From Gallionellaceae bacterium (GTDB lineage Bacteria; Pseudomonadota; Gammaproteobacteria; Burkholderiales; Gallionellaceae): a stretch of 64,000 nucleotides of DNA. Made by a program: the position numbers and the translations under genes. This document shows positions 50,699 to 57,823 of this stretch, piece by piece (within the stretch, counting starts at the first letter, position 1; each line of letters opens with the position of its first letter). The DNA lies in contig SCUU01000042.1 in the NCBI GenBank assembly GCA_004297065.1, positions 2,312 through 66,311 on the forward strand, given 5' to 3'. Under the pieces are notes generated by a model. It did not search any database. It had not been told where the DNA came from and was given only the letters and a program-made list of their open reading frames with translations.

Positions 50699-51193
50699 AT
50701 GCCCAAGCCGCTCGTTTCCATCGTCATGGGTAGCAGCAACGACTGGGAGATCATGCAGCAGGCCGCGCGTGCCTTGCAGGATTTCGGGGTCGAGTTCGAT
50801 GCGCGCGTTATCTCGGCGCATCGCTCACCCGACCTGTTGTTCGACTACATCAAAGAAATGAGCGCGCAAGGCGTGCAATGTTTTATCGCCGGCGCGGGCG
50901 GTGCGGCGCATCTGGCTGGCGTGATCGCCGGCAAGACCATGCTGCCCGTGCTGGGCGTGCCGATCCCTACAAAGTATTTGAAGGGCATGGATTCGCTGCT
51001 GTCCATTGTGCAAATGCCCAAGGGCATCCCGGTCGCCACCTTCGCTATCGGCGAAGCGGGCGCGGCGAACGCGGGTCTATTCGCCGTTTCCATGCTGGCA
51101 CCGAACGACAAGATGCTGGCGCAGAAACTCGCCGACTACCGCAAGAAACAAGCGGAACAGATCGCGGCTACAACGCTACCGGCGTTGGGCTAA
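50699..51193 (+). CDS. purE: 5-(carboxyamino)imidazole ribonucleotide mutase
   Basis: 164 aa. VSIVMGSSNDW...RVISAHRSP...AGGAAHLAGV motifs. Confidence 0.96.
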   Translation: MPKPLVSIVMGSSNDWEIMQQAARALQDFGVEFDARVISAHRSPDLLFDYIKEMSAQGVQCFIAGAGGAAHLAGVIAGKTMLPVLGVPIPTKYLKGMDSLLSIVQMPKGIPVATFAIGEAGAANAGLFAVSMLAPNDKMLAQKLADYRKKQAEQIAATTLPALG

Positions 51194-51200
51194 AAACAAA

Positions 51201-51242
51201 ACCCCTCTCGGCCTCCCCTGATAAGGGGAGGTTAGGAGGGGT
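51201..51242. repeat. long imperfect hairpin (REP-like or terminator-like) between purE and purC
   Basis: acccctc-tcgg-cctcccc-tgataa-ggggagg-ttag-gaggggt: two 7-bp stems separated by a 4x4 internal loop. Confidence 0.5.
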
Positions 51243-51271
51243 TAAGATTTTGATGTAACCAAAGGAACAAC

Positions 51272-52156
51272 ATGTCCGCCCTGCACGAATCCAATTTGAC
51301 CAGCCTTAAATTTCTGCATCGCGGCAAAGTGCGCGATCTGTATGAAGTCGATGCCGAACATTTGCTGATTGTGCAGACTGACCGCCTCTCCGCGTTCGAT
51401 GTTATCTTGCCCACGCCGATTCCCGGCAAAGGCGAGGTGCTCACTGCGGTGTCCAACTTCTGGTTCAACAAACTCGGGCAAGTCATCCCCAATCACCTTT
51501 CCGGCATAGCCCCGGAGTCCGTGGTGAAAACAGAAGCAGAAAAAACGCAAGTGCGCGGTCGTGCTTTTGTCACCAAGAAACTGAAACCGCTGCCCATTGA
51601 AGCCATCGTGCGCGGCTATCTGGTCGGCTCCGGCTGGAAGGATTACAAGAAAACTGGCGCGGTGTGCGGCATCCGGTTGCCCGCAGGTATGCAAGAAGCG
51701 CAGAAGCTGCCGCAGCCTTTGTTCACCCCATCGACCAAAGCCGCAGTGGGCGATCACGACGAAAATATTTCGTTTGAAGAAGCGGTGAAATTGCTGGGCG
51801 CGGACATGGCCGAGCGAGTGAAAAATGCCACGCTGGCGCTGTACACTCAAGCGGCGGCGTATGCGCTGACACGCGGCATCATCATCGCCGACACCAAGTT
51901 CGAGTTCGGCACCGACGCCGCGGGCAAGCTGTATCTGATCGACGAAGCGCTCACGCCCGACTCCTCCCGTTTCTGGCCTGCCGACCAGTACCAAGTCGGC
52001 ACTAACCCGCCCAGCTTCGACAAGCAATTCGTGCGCGACTGGCTGGAAGCCTCCGGCTGGAACAAGCGGTCGCCCGCACCGCAGATTCCGGCGGACGTGC
52101 TGCAAAAAACCGCCGACAAATACCGCGAAGCGCAGCGGCTCCTGACGGGCGCATGA
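51272..52156 (+). CDS. purC: phosphoribosylaminoimidazole-succinocarboxamide synthase
   Basis: 294 aa long-form SAICAR synthetase (GKVRDLYEV...[12 protein letters not shown]). Confidence 0.96.
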   Translation: MSALHESNLTSLKFLHRGKVRDLYEVDAEHLLIVQTDRLSAFDVILPTPIPGKGEVLTAVSNFWFNKLGQVIPNHLSGIAPESVVKTEAEKTQVRGRAFVTKKLKPLPIEAIVRGYLVGSGWKDYKKTGAVCGIRLPAGMQEAQKLPQPLFTPSTKAAVGDHDENISFEEAVKLLGADMAERVKNATLALYTQAAAYALTRGIIIADTKFEFGTDAAGKLYLIDEALTPDSSRFWPADQYQVGTNPPSFDKQFVRDWLEASGWNKRSPAPQIPADVLQKTADKYREAQRLLTGA

Positions 52157-52785
52157 GCTCGATCCCCGATCTGGTAGAAGGTTTTCAGCGCTTCCGCGAA
52201 CGGCATTTCGAGCGCAACGACAGCCTTTACCAGCAGTTGGTAAAGGAGGGGCAAACCCCCAAGACCTTGGTGGTCGCTTGCTGCGACTCGCGCGTTGACC
52301 CGGCGCTGGTGCTGGATTGCGAGCCCGGCGATCTGTTCGTCATCCGCAACGTGGCGAATCTCGTTCCCCCTTCCGAGAACCGCGCGGGACATCACGGCAC
52401 CACCGCCGCCATCGAGTACGCCATCCGCATCTTGAAAGTCGAGCACATCATCGTGTTCGGCCACGCGCAATGCGGGGGCATCAACACCTTGGTGAGAAGC
52501 GGGGGCGTCAACAATCCGGATTCGTATATCGAGGACTGGATGTATCTGGCCGAAAGCGCGCGCGCCAGTGTGATGGCGGAGATGCCGGATGCGCCGCTGC
52601 AAGAACAATTGCATGCATGCGAACAGAAAGCCATTCTGGTTTCTCTGGGAAATCTGATGACATTTCCATGGGTGAAAGAACGTGTTGAAAGCGGTGCACT
52701 GACCTTGCATGGCTGGTATTTCGATATAGAACACGGCCAGTTATTGCGCTTCAACACAACGATGGATTGTTTCGAAGCCTTGTAA
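52153..52785 (+). CDS. can: beta-class carbonic anhydrase
   Basis: Zn-ligand and active-site motifs CCDSRV and HAQCGG. The ATG overlaps the purC stop (ATGA). Confidence 0.92.
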   Translation: MSSIPDLVEGFQRFRERHFERNDSLYQQLVKEGQTPKTLVVACCDSRVDPALVLDCEPGDLFVIRNVANLVPPSENRAGHHGTTAAIEYAIRILKVEHIIVFGHAQCGGINTLVRSGGVNNPDSYIEDWMYLAESARASVMAEMPDAPLQEQLHACEQKAILVSLGNLMTFPWVKERVESGALTLHGWYFDIEHGQLLRFNTTMDCFEAL

Positions 52786-52824
52786 TGGCGCAGATGTTGT
52801 CGATACTGCTTACGGATCGAACAC

Positions 52825-54213
52825 ATGGTTAATAAAAAAGACAATTCCCATGACCTATTGAAATCGCGCAAGAAGTTTATGCGCGGTGCGGTAGCCGAAG
52901 CTCCCCCTGCGGTTCATCGGGACGATAGTTTTCGTCATCGCTTTGAATTGCGCAAGGAGTTGGGGCGCGGGGCGGCAGGCGAAGTACATCTCGCCTACGA
53001 TACCTATTTACAACGCGAGGTGGCGCTCAAGCTCACCCGGACAGGGTATCTGGATAATCCGCAAGAAAGTATCCGCAACCGCAAAATGTGGCTGAATGAA
53101 ACGCGCTTGGCGGGCAAGTTGCAGCATCCGTTTATCGTGCAGATATTCGAAGCGTGCAGCACCGACGAATTCGACTATCTGGTGATGGAATATGTGCCGG
53201 GCGGAACGCTCAAACAACATACCTCTTTCGACAATTTGCTGCCGATCAGCCGCCTGATCGACATACTGTACAAAGTGTGCAACGCCCTGGACTATTCCCA
53301 CAAGATGGGCATCCTGCATCGCGACATCAAACCGAGCAACGTGCTGTTGGGCGAGAACAATGCGGTAAAGGTATCGGATTTCGGTGCCGCGTTCCTGTTC
53401 AACTCCGATACGACGCAGGTCGATATGGTAGGCACTTTGCCGTTTATGCCGCCCGAGCAATTTGCACAGGCGCGGCCTTCTATGCAGTCGGATGTATATG
53501 CGGTCGGCGTCATGGCCTACCAGCTGCTTACGGGTATGTTGCCGTTCACGGCCAAGTCGTATGACGAAATGATCTATCAAAAACTGCACGAAGAAGCCTT
53601 GCCGCTGGAGAAACGTCGCCTCGACATTCCGCAGGCGTTGCGCTTTGCAGTGCATCGCGCCATGCATCGCGATAAAGACATGCGTTACAGTTCCTGGAAA
53701 GCTTTTTGCGACGACCTTGCGGCCGCCTTACCCAGTGTGGAACGGCCCGATGAAGTGCGCTTCGATTCCGCACACTTCGATGTGTTGCGCAACTTGGTTT
53801 TTTTTGCGCATTTCACCGACAACGAAGTGTGGGAAACCGTCGGCATCAGCCAGTGGCAACAGAGAAAAGCGGGTGAGTACATCGTGCGCGAGGGTGAGAT
53901 CAGCAGCAGCCTGTTCCTTATCGTCAATGGCGAAGCGAGTGTCACCAAGAGCGATGTGGAACTCACGCGCATGCACGCGGGTAGCTGTTTCGGCGAAATC
54001 GCCTATCTGGATGAGGCCAGGCACGCACGCTTGGCCACGGTGAGAGCGGTAGGCGACATGAGCCTGATCATGATCGAAGGCGAGTCATTGCAACATGCCA
54101 GCGATGGCCTGCAAGCCAGTTTTGCCAAAGCCTTCTTGAACTTGATGATCGCGCGCATCACAGATACCGATCGACGGCTGCTTTCGGTTTTGCTGGCCCA
54201 GCCACAGGCGTAA
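52825..54213 (+). CDS. Ser/Thr protein kinase fused to a C-terminal cyclic-nucleotide-binding (CNB) domain
   Basis: Hanks-type kinase motifs: Gly-loop LGRGAAGEV, VALK, catalytic loop HRDIKPSNVLL, DFG, and PPEQ. The C-terminal ~130 aa have CNB features (IVREGEISSSLFLIVNGEA...FGEIAYLDE...RLATVRA). Confidence 0.85.
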   Translation: MVNKKDNSHDLLKSRKKFMRGAVAEAPPAVHRDDSFRHRFELRKELGRGAAGEVHLAYDTYLQREVALKLTRTGYLDNPQESIRNRKMWLNETRLAGKLQHPFIVQIFEACSTDEFDYLVMEYVPGGTLKQHTSFDNLLPISRLIDILYKVCNALDYSHKMGILHRDIKPSNVLLGENNAVKVSDFGAAFLFNSDTTQVDMVGTLPFMPPEQFAQARPSMQSDVYAVGVMAYQLLTGMLPFTAKSYDEMIYQKLHEEALPLEKRRLDIPQALRFAVHRAMHRDKDMRYSSWKAFCDDLAAALPSVERPDEVRFDSAHFDVLRNLVFFAHFTDNEVWETVGISQWQQRKAGEYIVREGEISSSLFLIVNGEASVTKSDVELTRMHAGSCFGEIAYLDEARHARLATVRAVGDMSLIMIEGESLQHASDGLQASFAKAFLNLMIARITDTDRRLLSVLLAQPQA

Positions 54214-54553
54214 AGCACGCAAAATATTGCGCGCAGCGATGTGCGTCGATGTAATCCTGGGTGGAGACACGAGTTTTTCGGTTTGTCGTGGCAAGCGATT
54301 TGCTGGCGTGGGCATTGTCTATGTTTTGCTGGGTATGTCCGCCCACAACATGTACGGCATGGCTGAAATGATGGCTGGGAAAATATTCGCGCTGTTGTGC
54401 CGCACCCGCTTCAAACGAGGGTAGCGCAGACAACACCAGCATCAGCAGTGCAATGCAAAACAGGCTCCACAGCATCATACCGTTCGAAGGTGCTGGTGAT
54501 TCGTCGTTTATAAAGTCCGCAAATCTGACCGAAATAGGATAGAACACTCGCAT
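54158..54553 (-). CDS. hypothetical small membrane protein (His-rich C-terminal part)
   Basis: The ATG at 54553 is preceded by GGGAGG at a 6-nt spacing. One transmembrane helix is present (MMLWSLFCIALLMLVLSALP). I recognise no homology. The 3' end overlaps the kinase gene by 56 nt. The ORF track opens it at 54628. Confidence 0.3.
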   Translation of the reverse strand: MRVFYPISVRFADFINDESPAPSNGMMLWSLFCIALLMLVLSALPSFEAGAAQQREYFPSHHFSHAVHVVGGHTQQNIDNAHASKSLATTNRKTRVSTQDYIDAHRCAQYFACFTPVAGPAKPKAAVDRYL

Positions 54554-54648
54554 AATTGCCTCCCGATAAAAGTTTGTCGAATACGGGCGTGTGAAATATT
54601 CCCACGCAGAAGGAATGTTAGCCGACAAAGTTTCTGCTGTAAAGCATT

Positions 54649-55545
54649 TTGTGTGATTTTTTCACACAACCTGTTAGAATCCGCGCCGTGAGTACAAAAA
54701 ATCTATCGACCACCGGCTCCCATGTTCCGCCATCTACCCTGGTTGCGGCATTGCGGCGTTTGTTGCGCCCGCTGATAAAACTGTTGTTAGTCAACGGGAT
54801 TACCTACCCATTTTTGTCCAATTTGTTGAAATCGCTGTATGTGGAAATAGCGCGAGAAGAATTTTTGCTGAACGGCAAAGCGCAGACCGATAGCCGCATC
54901 AGCCTGTTGAGCGGTGTGCATCGCAAGGATGTAAAAAGGTTGGGAGAAGAGAGCCTGCAAGAGCAATCGATCCCGCCGAGCATATCGTTGGGCGCAAAAT
55001 TAGTTGCATTGTGGACCAGCAATGAACTGTATCTGGATGAAAACGGTCGGCATATTCCCTTGCCCCGCCAAGCCAGCGAAGGCGGCGCGAAATCGTTCGA
55101 AGGCCTGGTCAGTTCCGTCAGCAAAGATATCCGTTCGCGCGTTATCCTGGACGAATGGCTGCGCATCGGTGTTGCGCATGTCGATGGGGAAGACCGCGTG
55201 TGTTTGAACACAGACGCCTTCATTCCGGAAAATGGCTATGACGAAAAAGCGTATTATTTCGGCCAGAACCTGCACGATCACATCGCGGCAGGTGCCCATA
55301 ATTTGCTGGGACAAAAACCGCCCTTCCTCGATCGCAGCGTTTACTACAACAAGCTGACGCCAGAGTCCGTCGCCGAGTTGGCGGAGTTGTCGAAAAAATT
55401 GGGGATGCAAGCATTGGTGGCGGTGAACAAACGTGCCGGGGCGCTACAACAGCGCGATGCGGAAAAAACGGGTGCGGATCAACGCATCAATTTTGGCGTT
55501 TACTACTTTGACGCAGAAGGCAAAAGGCCGCAAAGTGACAAGTAA
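54649..55545 (+). CDS. hypothetical protein with HTH-like segment
   Basis: 298 aa ORF. The segment TDSRISLLSGVHRKDVKRL looks like a helix-turn-helix. The start is uncertain (TTG at 54649 or GTG at 54688). Its stop overlaps the next gene's GTG start. I do not confidently recognise the family. Confidence 0.65.
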   Translation: MCDFFTQPVRIRAVSTKNLSTTGSHVPPSTLVAALRRLLRPLIKLLLVNGITYPFLSNLLKSLYVEIAREEFLLNGKAQTDSRISLLSGVHRKDVKRLGEESLQEQSIPPSISLGAKLVALWTSNELYLDENGRHIPLPRQASEGGAKSFEGLVSSVSKDIRSRVILDEWLRIGVAHVDGEDRVCLNTDAFIPENGYDEKAYYFGQNLHDHIAAGAHNLLGQKPPFLDRSVYYNKLTPESVAELAELSKKLGMQALVAVNKRAGALQQRDAEKTGADQRINFGVYYFDAEGKRPQSDK

Positions 55546-56839
55546 AACCGGCAGACTGATTGCGTTAACCGCAGGTCTATTGCTGAATCTGCTACAGCCC
55601 GCCGTGTTGCGGGCGGACGAAGTAAGTCGCGGTATCGGCGGGACCGGCCACTCCGCAACCGAAAGCGGAATGGGGGGTACGGGAAACAGCGCGGGTACAG
55701 AAGGCATCGGTGGAACAGGCCATACCGCCAGCGAAAGCGGTATCGGTGGTACCGGCATCGTGGCCGGCCAGGCCGGCATAGGCGGAACGGGCCACACCCA
55801 AGGCGACGGCGGCATCGGCGGTACCGGCATTGTCGGCATCGTTACAGGCTTCGGCAGTATCTGGGTCAACGGTCTGGAGGTGCAATACGACGCCAAGACA
55901 CAGGTGGCGGACAACACCGGCGCAGCGAACACGAATGATTTGGCCATCGGGCAAGTTGTGGTAATAGAAGCGCAAGGCAGCAATAACGCGCTACAGGCCA
56001 ACAGGATATCCGTAGTCGATGCGGTGGCGGGACAGGTATCGGCGCTGGATGCCGCCAACGGCAAGCTGACCGTGCTCGGGCAGACGGTGAACATCACGCC
56101 GCAAACGCTGACGCATGATCGGCAAAACCAGCAGAGTGCGATTCGCTTCAACCAGGGCGACCACATAAAAGTAAGCGGATTGCGCATGGCGAACGGCGAA
56201 ATCGTCGCCTCGCGTATCGAGCATACCGCCCCGATAGCCGAGCCCGGTCTGGTCGGGCCGATTACCGGCATCAACGGCAATATGATCGAAATGTACGGTT
56301 TGCAAATCAGCGCAGCCGCAGGCAGTGGCTTGAGCGTGGGCCAGGAAGTTGCCGTGAGCGGACAGTTGAATGGCGGCATCCTGACCGCGCGGGCAATCAC
56401 ACCCAGCGCATCGACAAAATTGTATGGACGCACCGAGCATATCAACCTGCAAGGCTATATTGGCGCGAGCAACGCGGAAGGACAGATCAAGGTCGGCAAT
56501 CTGGAAGTTGTGGTATCCGATCCCGCGATAGTTTCCAGAGGCAGGCTGGATGCCCTGACTCCCGGTGAACTTGTTCAGGTCAGCGGCCATTTTGCCAATG
56601 ACCACAGGGTGATTGCCGACAGAATCGAATTCAGCCGGGACAGGCCGGAAAGCGTGTCGCACGACAGAACCGGTGAGCGCGAACACGGCGAGACGGAGCG
56701 AGCAGAACATGCGGAGCGAGCAGAACAAGCAGAACACGCCGATCGACCCAGTCGAAACGATCATGCGGATCGTCCCGATAGGCCGGACCGTTCGGATCAT
56801 TCCGATGCGGAAAAACATTCGGATTATTCGCACCAATAA
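55535..56839 (+). CDS. secreted repeat protein: six GIGGTG 12-aa repeats, four DUF5666-like repeats and a His/Asp/Arg/Glu-rich tail
   Basis: A GTG at 55535 gives a signal-like N-terminus (RLIALTAGLLLNLLQPAVLRA). Then six G(I/M)GGTGxxxxxx repeats. Then four repeats of the type GQVVVIEAQG...ANRISVV, GDHIKVSG...ASRIEH, GQEVAVSG...ARAITP and GELVQVSG...ADRIEF. Then a 68-aa charged tail. The ORF track opens at 55433 inside the upstream gene. Confidence 0.75.
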   Translation: MTSKTGRLIALTAGLLLNLLQPAVLRADEVSRGIGGTGHSATESGMGGTGNSAGTEGIGGTGHTASESGIGGTGIVAGQAGIGGTGHTQGDGGIGGTGIVGIVTGFGSIWVNGLEVQYDAKTQVADNTGAANTNDLAIGQVVVIEAQGSNNALQANRISVVDAVAGQVSALDAANGKLTVLGQTVNITPQTLTHDRQNQQSAIRFNQGDHIKVSGLRMANGEIVASRIEHTAPIAEPGLVGPITGINGNMIEMYGLQISAAAGSGLSVGQEVAVSGQLNGGILTARAITPSASTKLYGRTEHINLQGYIGASNAEGQIKVGNLEVVVSDPAIVSRGRLDALTPGELVQVSGHFANDHRVIADRIEFSRDRPESVSHDRTGEREHGETERAEHAERAEQAEHADRPSRNDHADRPDRPDRSDHSDAEKHSDYSHQ

Positions 56840-56856
56840 TTCGGCGAACCAATCGA

Positions 56857-57630
56857 ATGATAAAAAGAAAATTTCCTCACAAAACGCTGCTGCTCTTGAT
56901 GTTGCCGGTCTGTCAGACGGCGATAGCGGAACAGGGAACATTCAGCCTGACTAGCGGAATAGATTTCAGTTCCGGCAAATATGGCGGATCGACCGCCACC
57001 GAAGTCATCTATATCCCGTTCACCGCAAGATATGAAACCGGGGATGGGCTCTACAAATTGACCGTGCCGTACATCAGCATCACGGGCCCGGGAAACGTGA
57101 CACCGAATATCGGGCGGGCGGTGTATGCAAGCAATGCAGCCAGGACGGATGCGGGCATGGGGGACGTTGTGGCAACAGCAACTCGCAGCCTCATCAATTC
57201 TGCCCAAAGCGGGATAGTCATCGATATCACCGGCAAAGTGAAATTCGGCACTGCGGACAAATTCAAGGGGTTGGGCAGCGGGGCGAACGATTACGCGGGC
57301 GAAACCAGCGTATACAAAATTTTCGGGCGTGCCAGTGTGTTCGGCACAATCGGCTACAAGATATTCGGACAATCGCCGGGTTACACGCTGAATAATACAT
57401 TCTACGGCTCGCTTGGTTTCAGCAATAAGATCGACGATCAAGTCAGTGCCGGCATGATCTACGACTATCGTCAGGCGACCTCCTCATGGGGCGATCCCCA
57501 GAAAGAGTGGACCATTTTCCTGAACAGGAAAATCAATAAGCAATGGAAAATGCAAACCTATTTCTTTACGGGTTCCGGCATTTCAAGCCCGGACTTTGGC
57601 GCGGGCGCCATGCTGACGCAGATTTTCTGA
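56857..57630 (+). CDS. outer-membrane beta-barrel protein
   Basis: Signal peptide MIKRKFPHKTLLLLMLPVCQTAIA, alternating beta-strand pattern, GMGD motif and a C-terminal ...MLTQIF ending in Phe. It resembles the small MetA-pathway/transporter-type outer-membrane protein family, which needs an HMM check. Confidence 0.72.
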   Translation: MIKRKFPHKTLLLLMLPVCQTAIAEQGTFSLTSGIDFSSGKYGGSTATEVIYIPFTARYETGDGLYKLTVPYISITGPGNVTPNIGRAVYASNAARTDAGMGDVVATATRSLINSAQSGIVIDITGKVKFGTADKFKGLGSGANDYAGETSVYKIFGRASVFGTIGYKIFGQSPGYTLNNTFYGSLGFSNKIDDQVSAGMIYDYRQATSSWGDPQKEWTIFLNRKINKQWKMQTYFFTGSGISSPDFGAGAMLTQIF

Positions 57631-57653
57631 ATTGTTCGAGTAAATTGCAGGGC

Positions 57654-57681
57654 AAAAAAACGGGCACCGCAAGGTGCCCGT
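57654..57681 (-). terminator. rho-independent terminator of the amtB transcript
   Basis: On the minus strand: acgggcacc-uugc-ggugcccgu followed by 7 U. On the plus strand there is no T-run, so it mainly serves the minus strand. Confidence 0.8.
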
Positions 57682-57823
57682 AAACGAAGCTACAGAAGCT
57701 TCGGGAGGAGACTATTCGTGATCGTCGCGTAGCGATTCTCAATCTCCCGCCTCTCTGGGGGATAGCCACCGACTTGCCCGCTTGTCGGTTGGCCAGGAGT
57801 TCCACCAGAGCGGGAGAGGGGGC
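57682..57823 (-). ncRNA. structured ~140-nt amtB 3' UTR (candidate 3'-UTR-derived sRNA or regulatory element)
   Basis: This non-coding stretch lies between the amtB stop (57824) and its terminator. Hand-folding gives a 13-bp helix (57743-58 with 57805-17). It encloses a 9-10 bp hairpin (57765-73 / 57784-93). A separate 7-bp hairpin lies at 57685-57703. Two C/U-rich anti-SD-like tracts are present. Confidence 0.3.

Noticed and set aside
54651-54667. The inverted repeat GTGTGA-TTTTT-TCACAC, which resembles a CRP site. It was tempting because a cNMP-binding kinase is adjacent.
   Set aside because: The half-site spacing is 5 nt rather than the canonical 6 (TGTGA-N6-TCACA). It also overlaps the possible TTG start of the downstream ORF. 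This is not enough to call a CRP/Vfr site.
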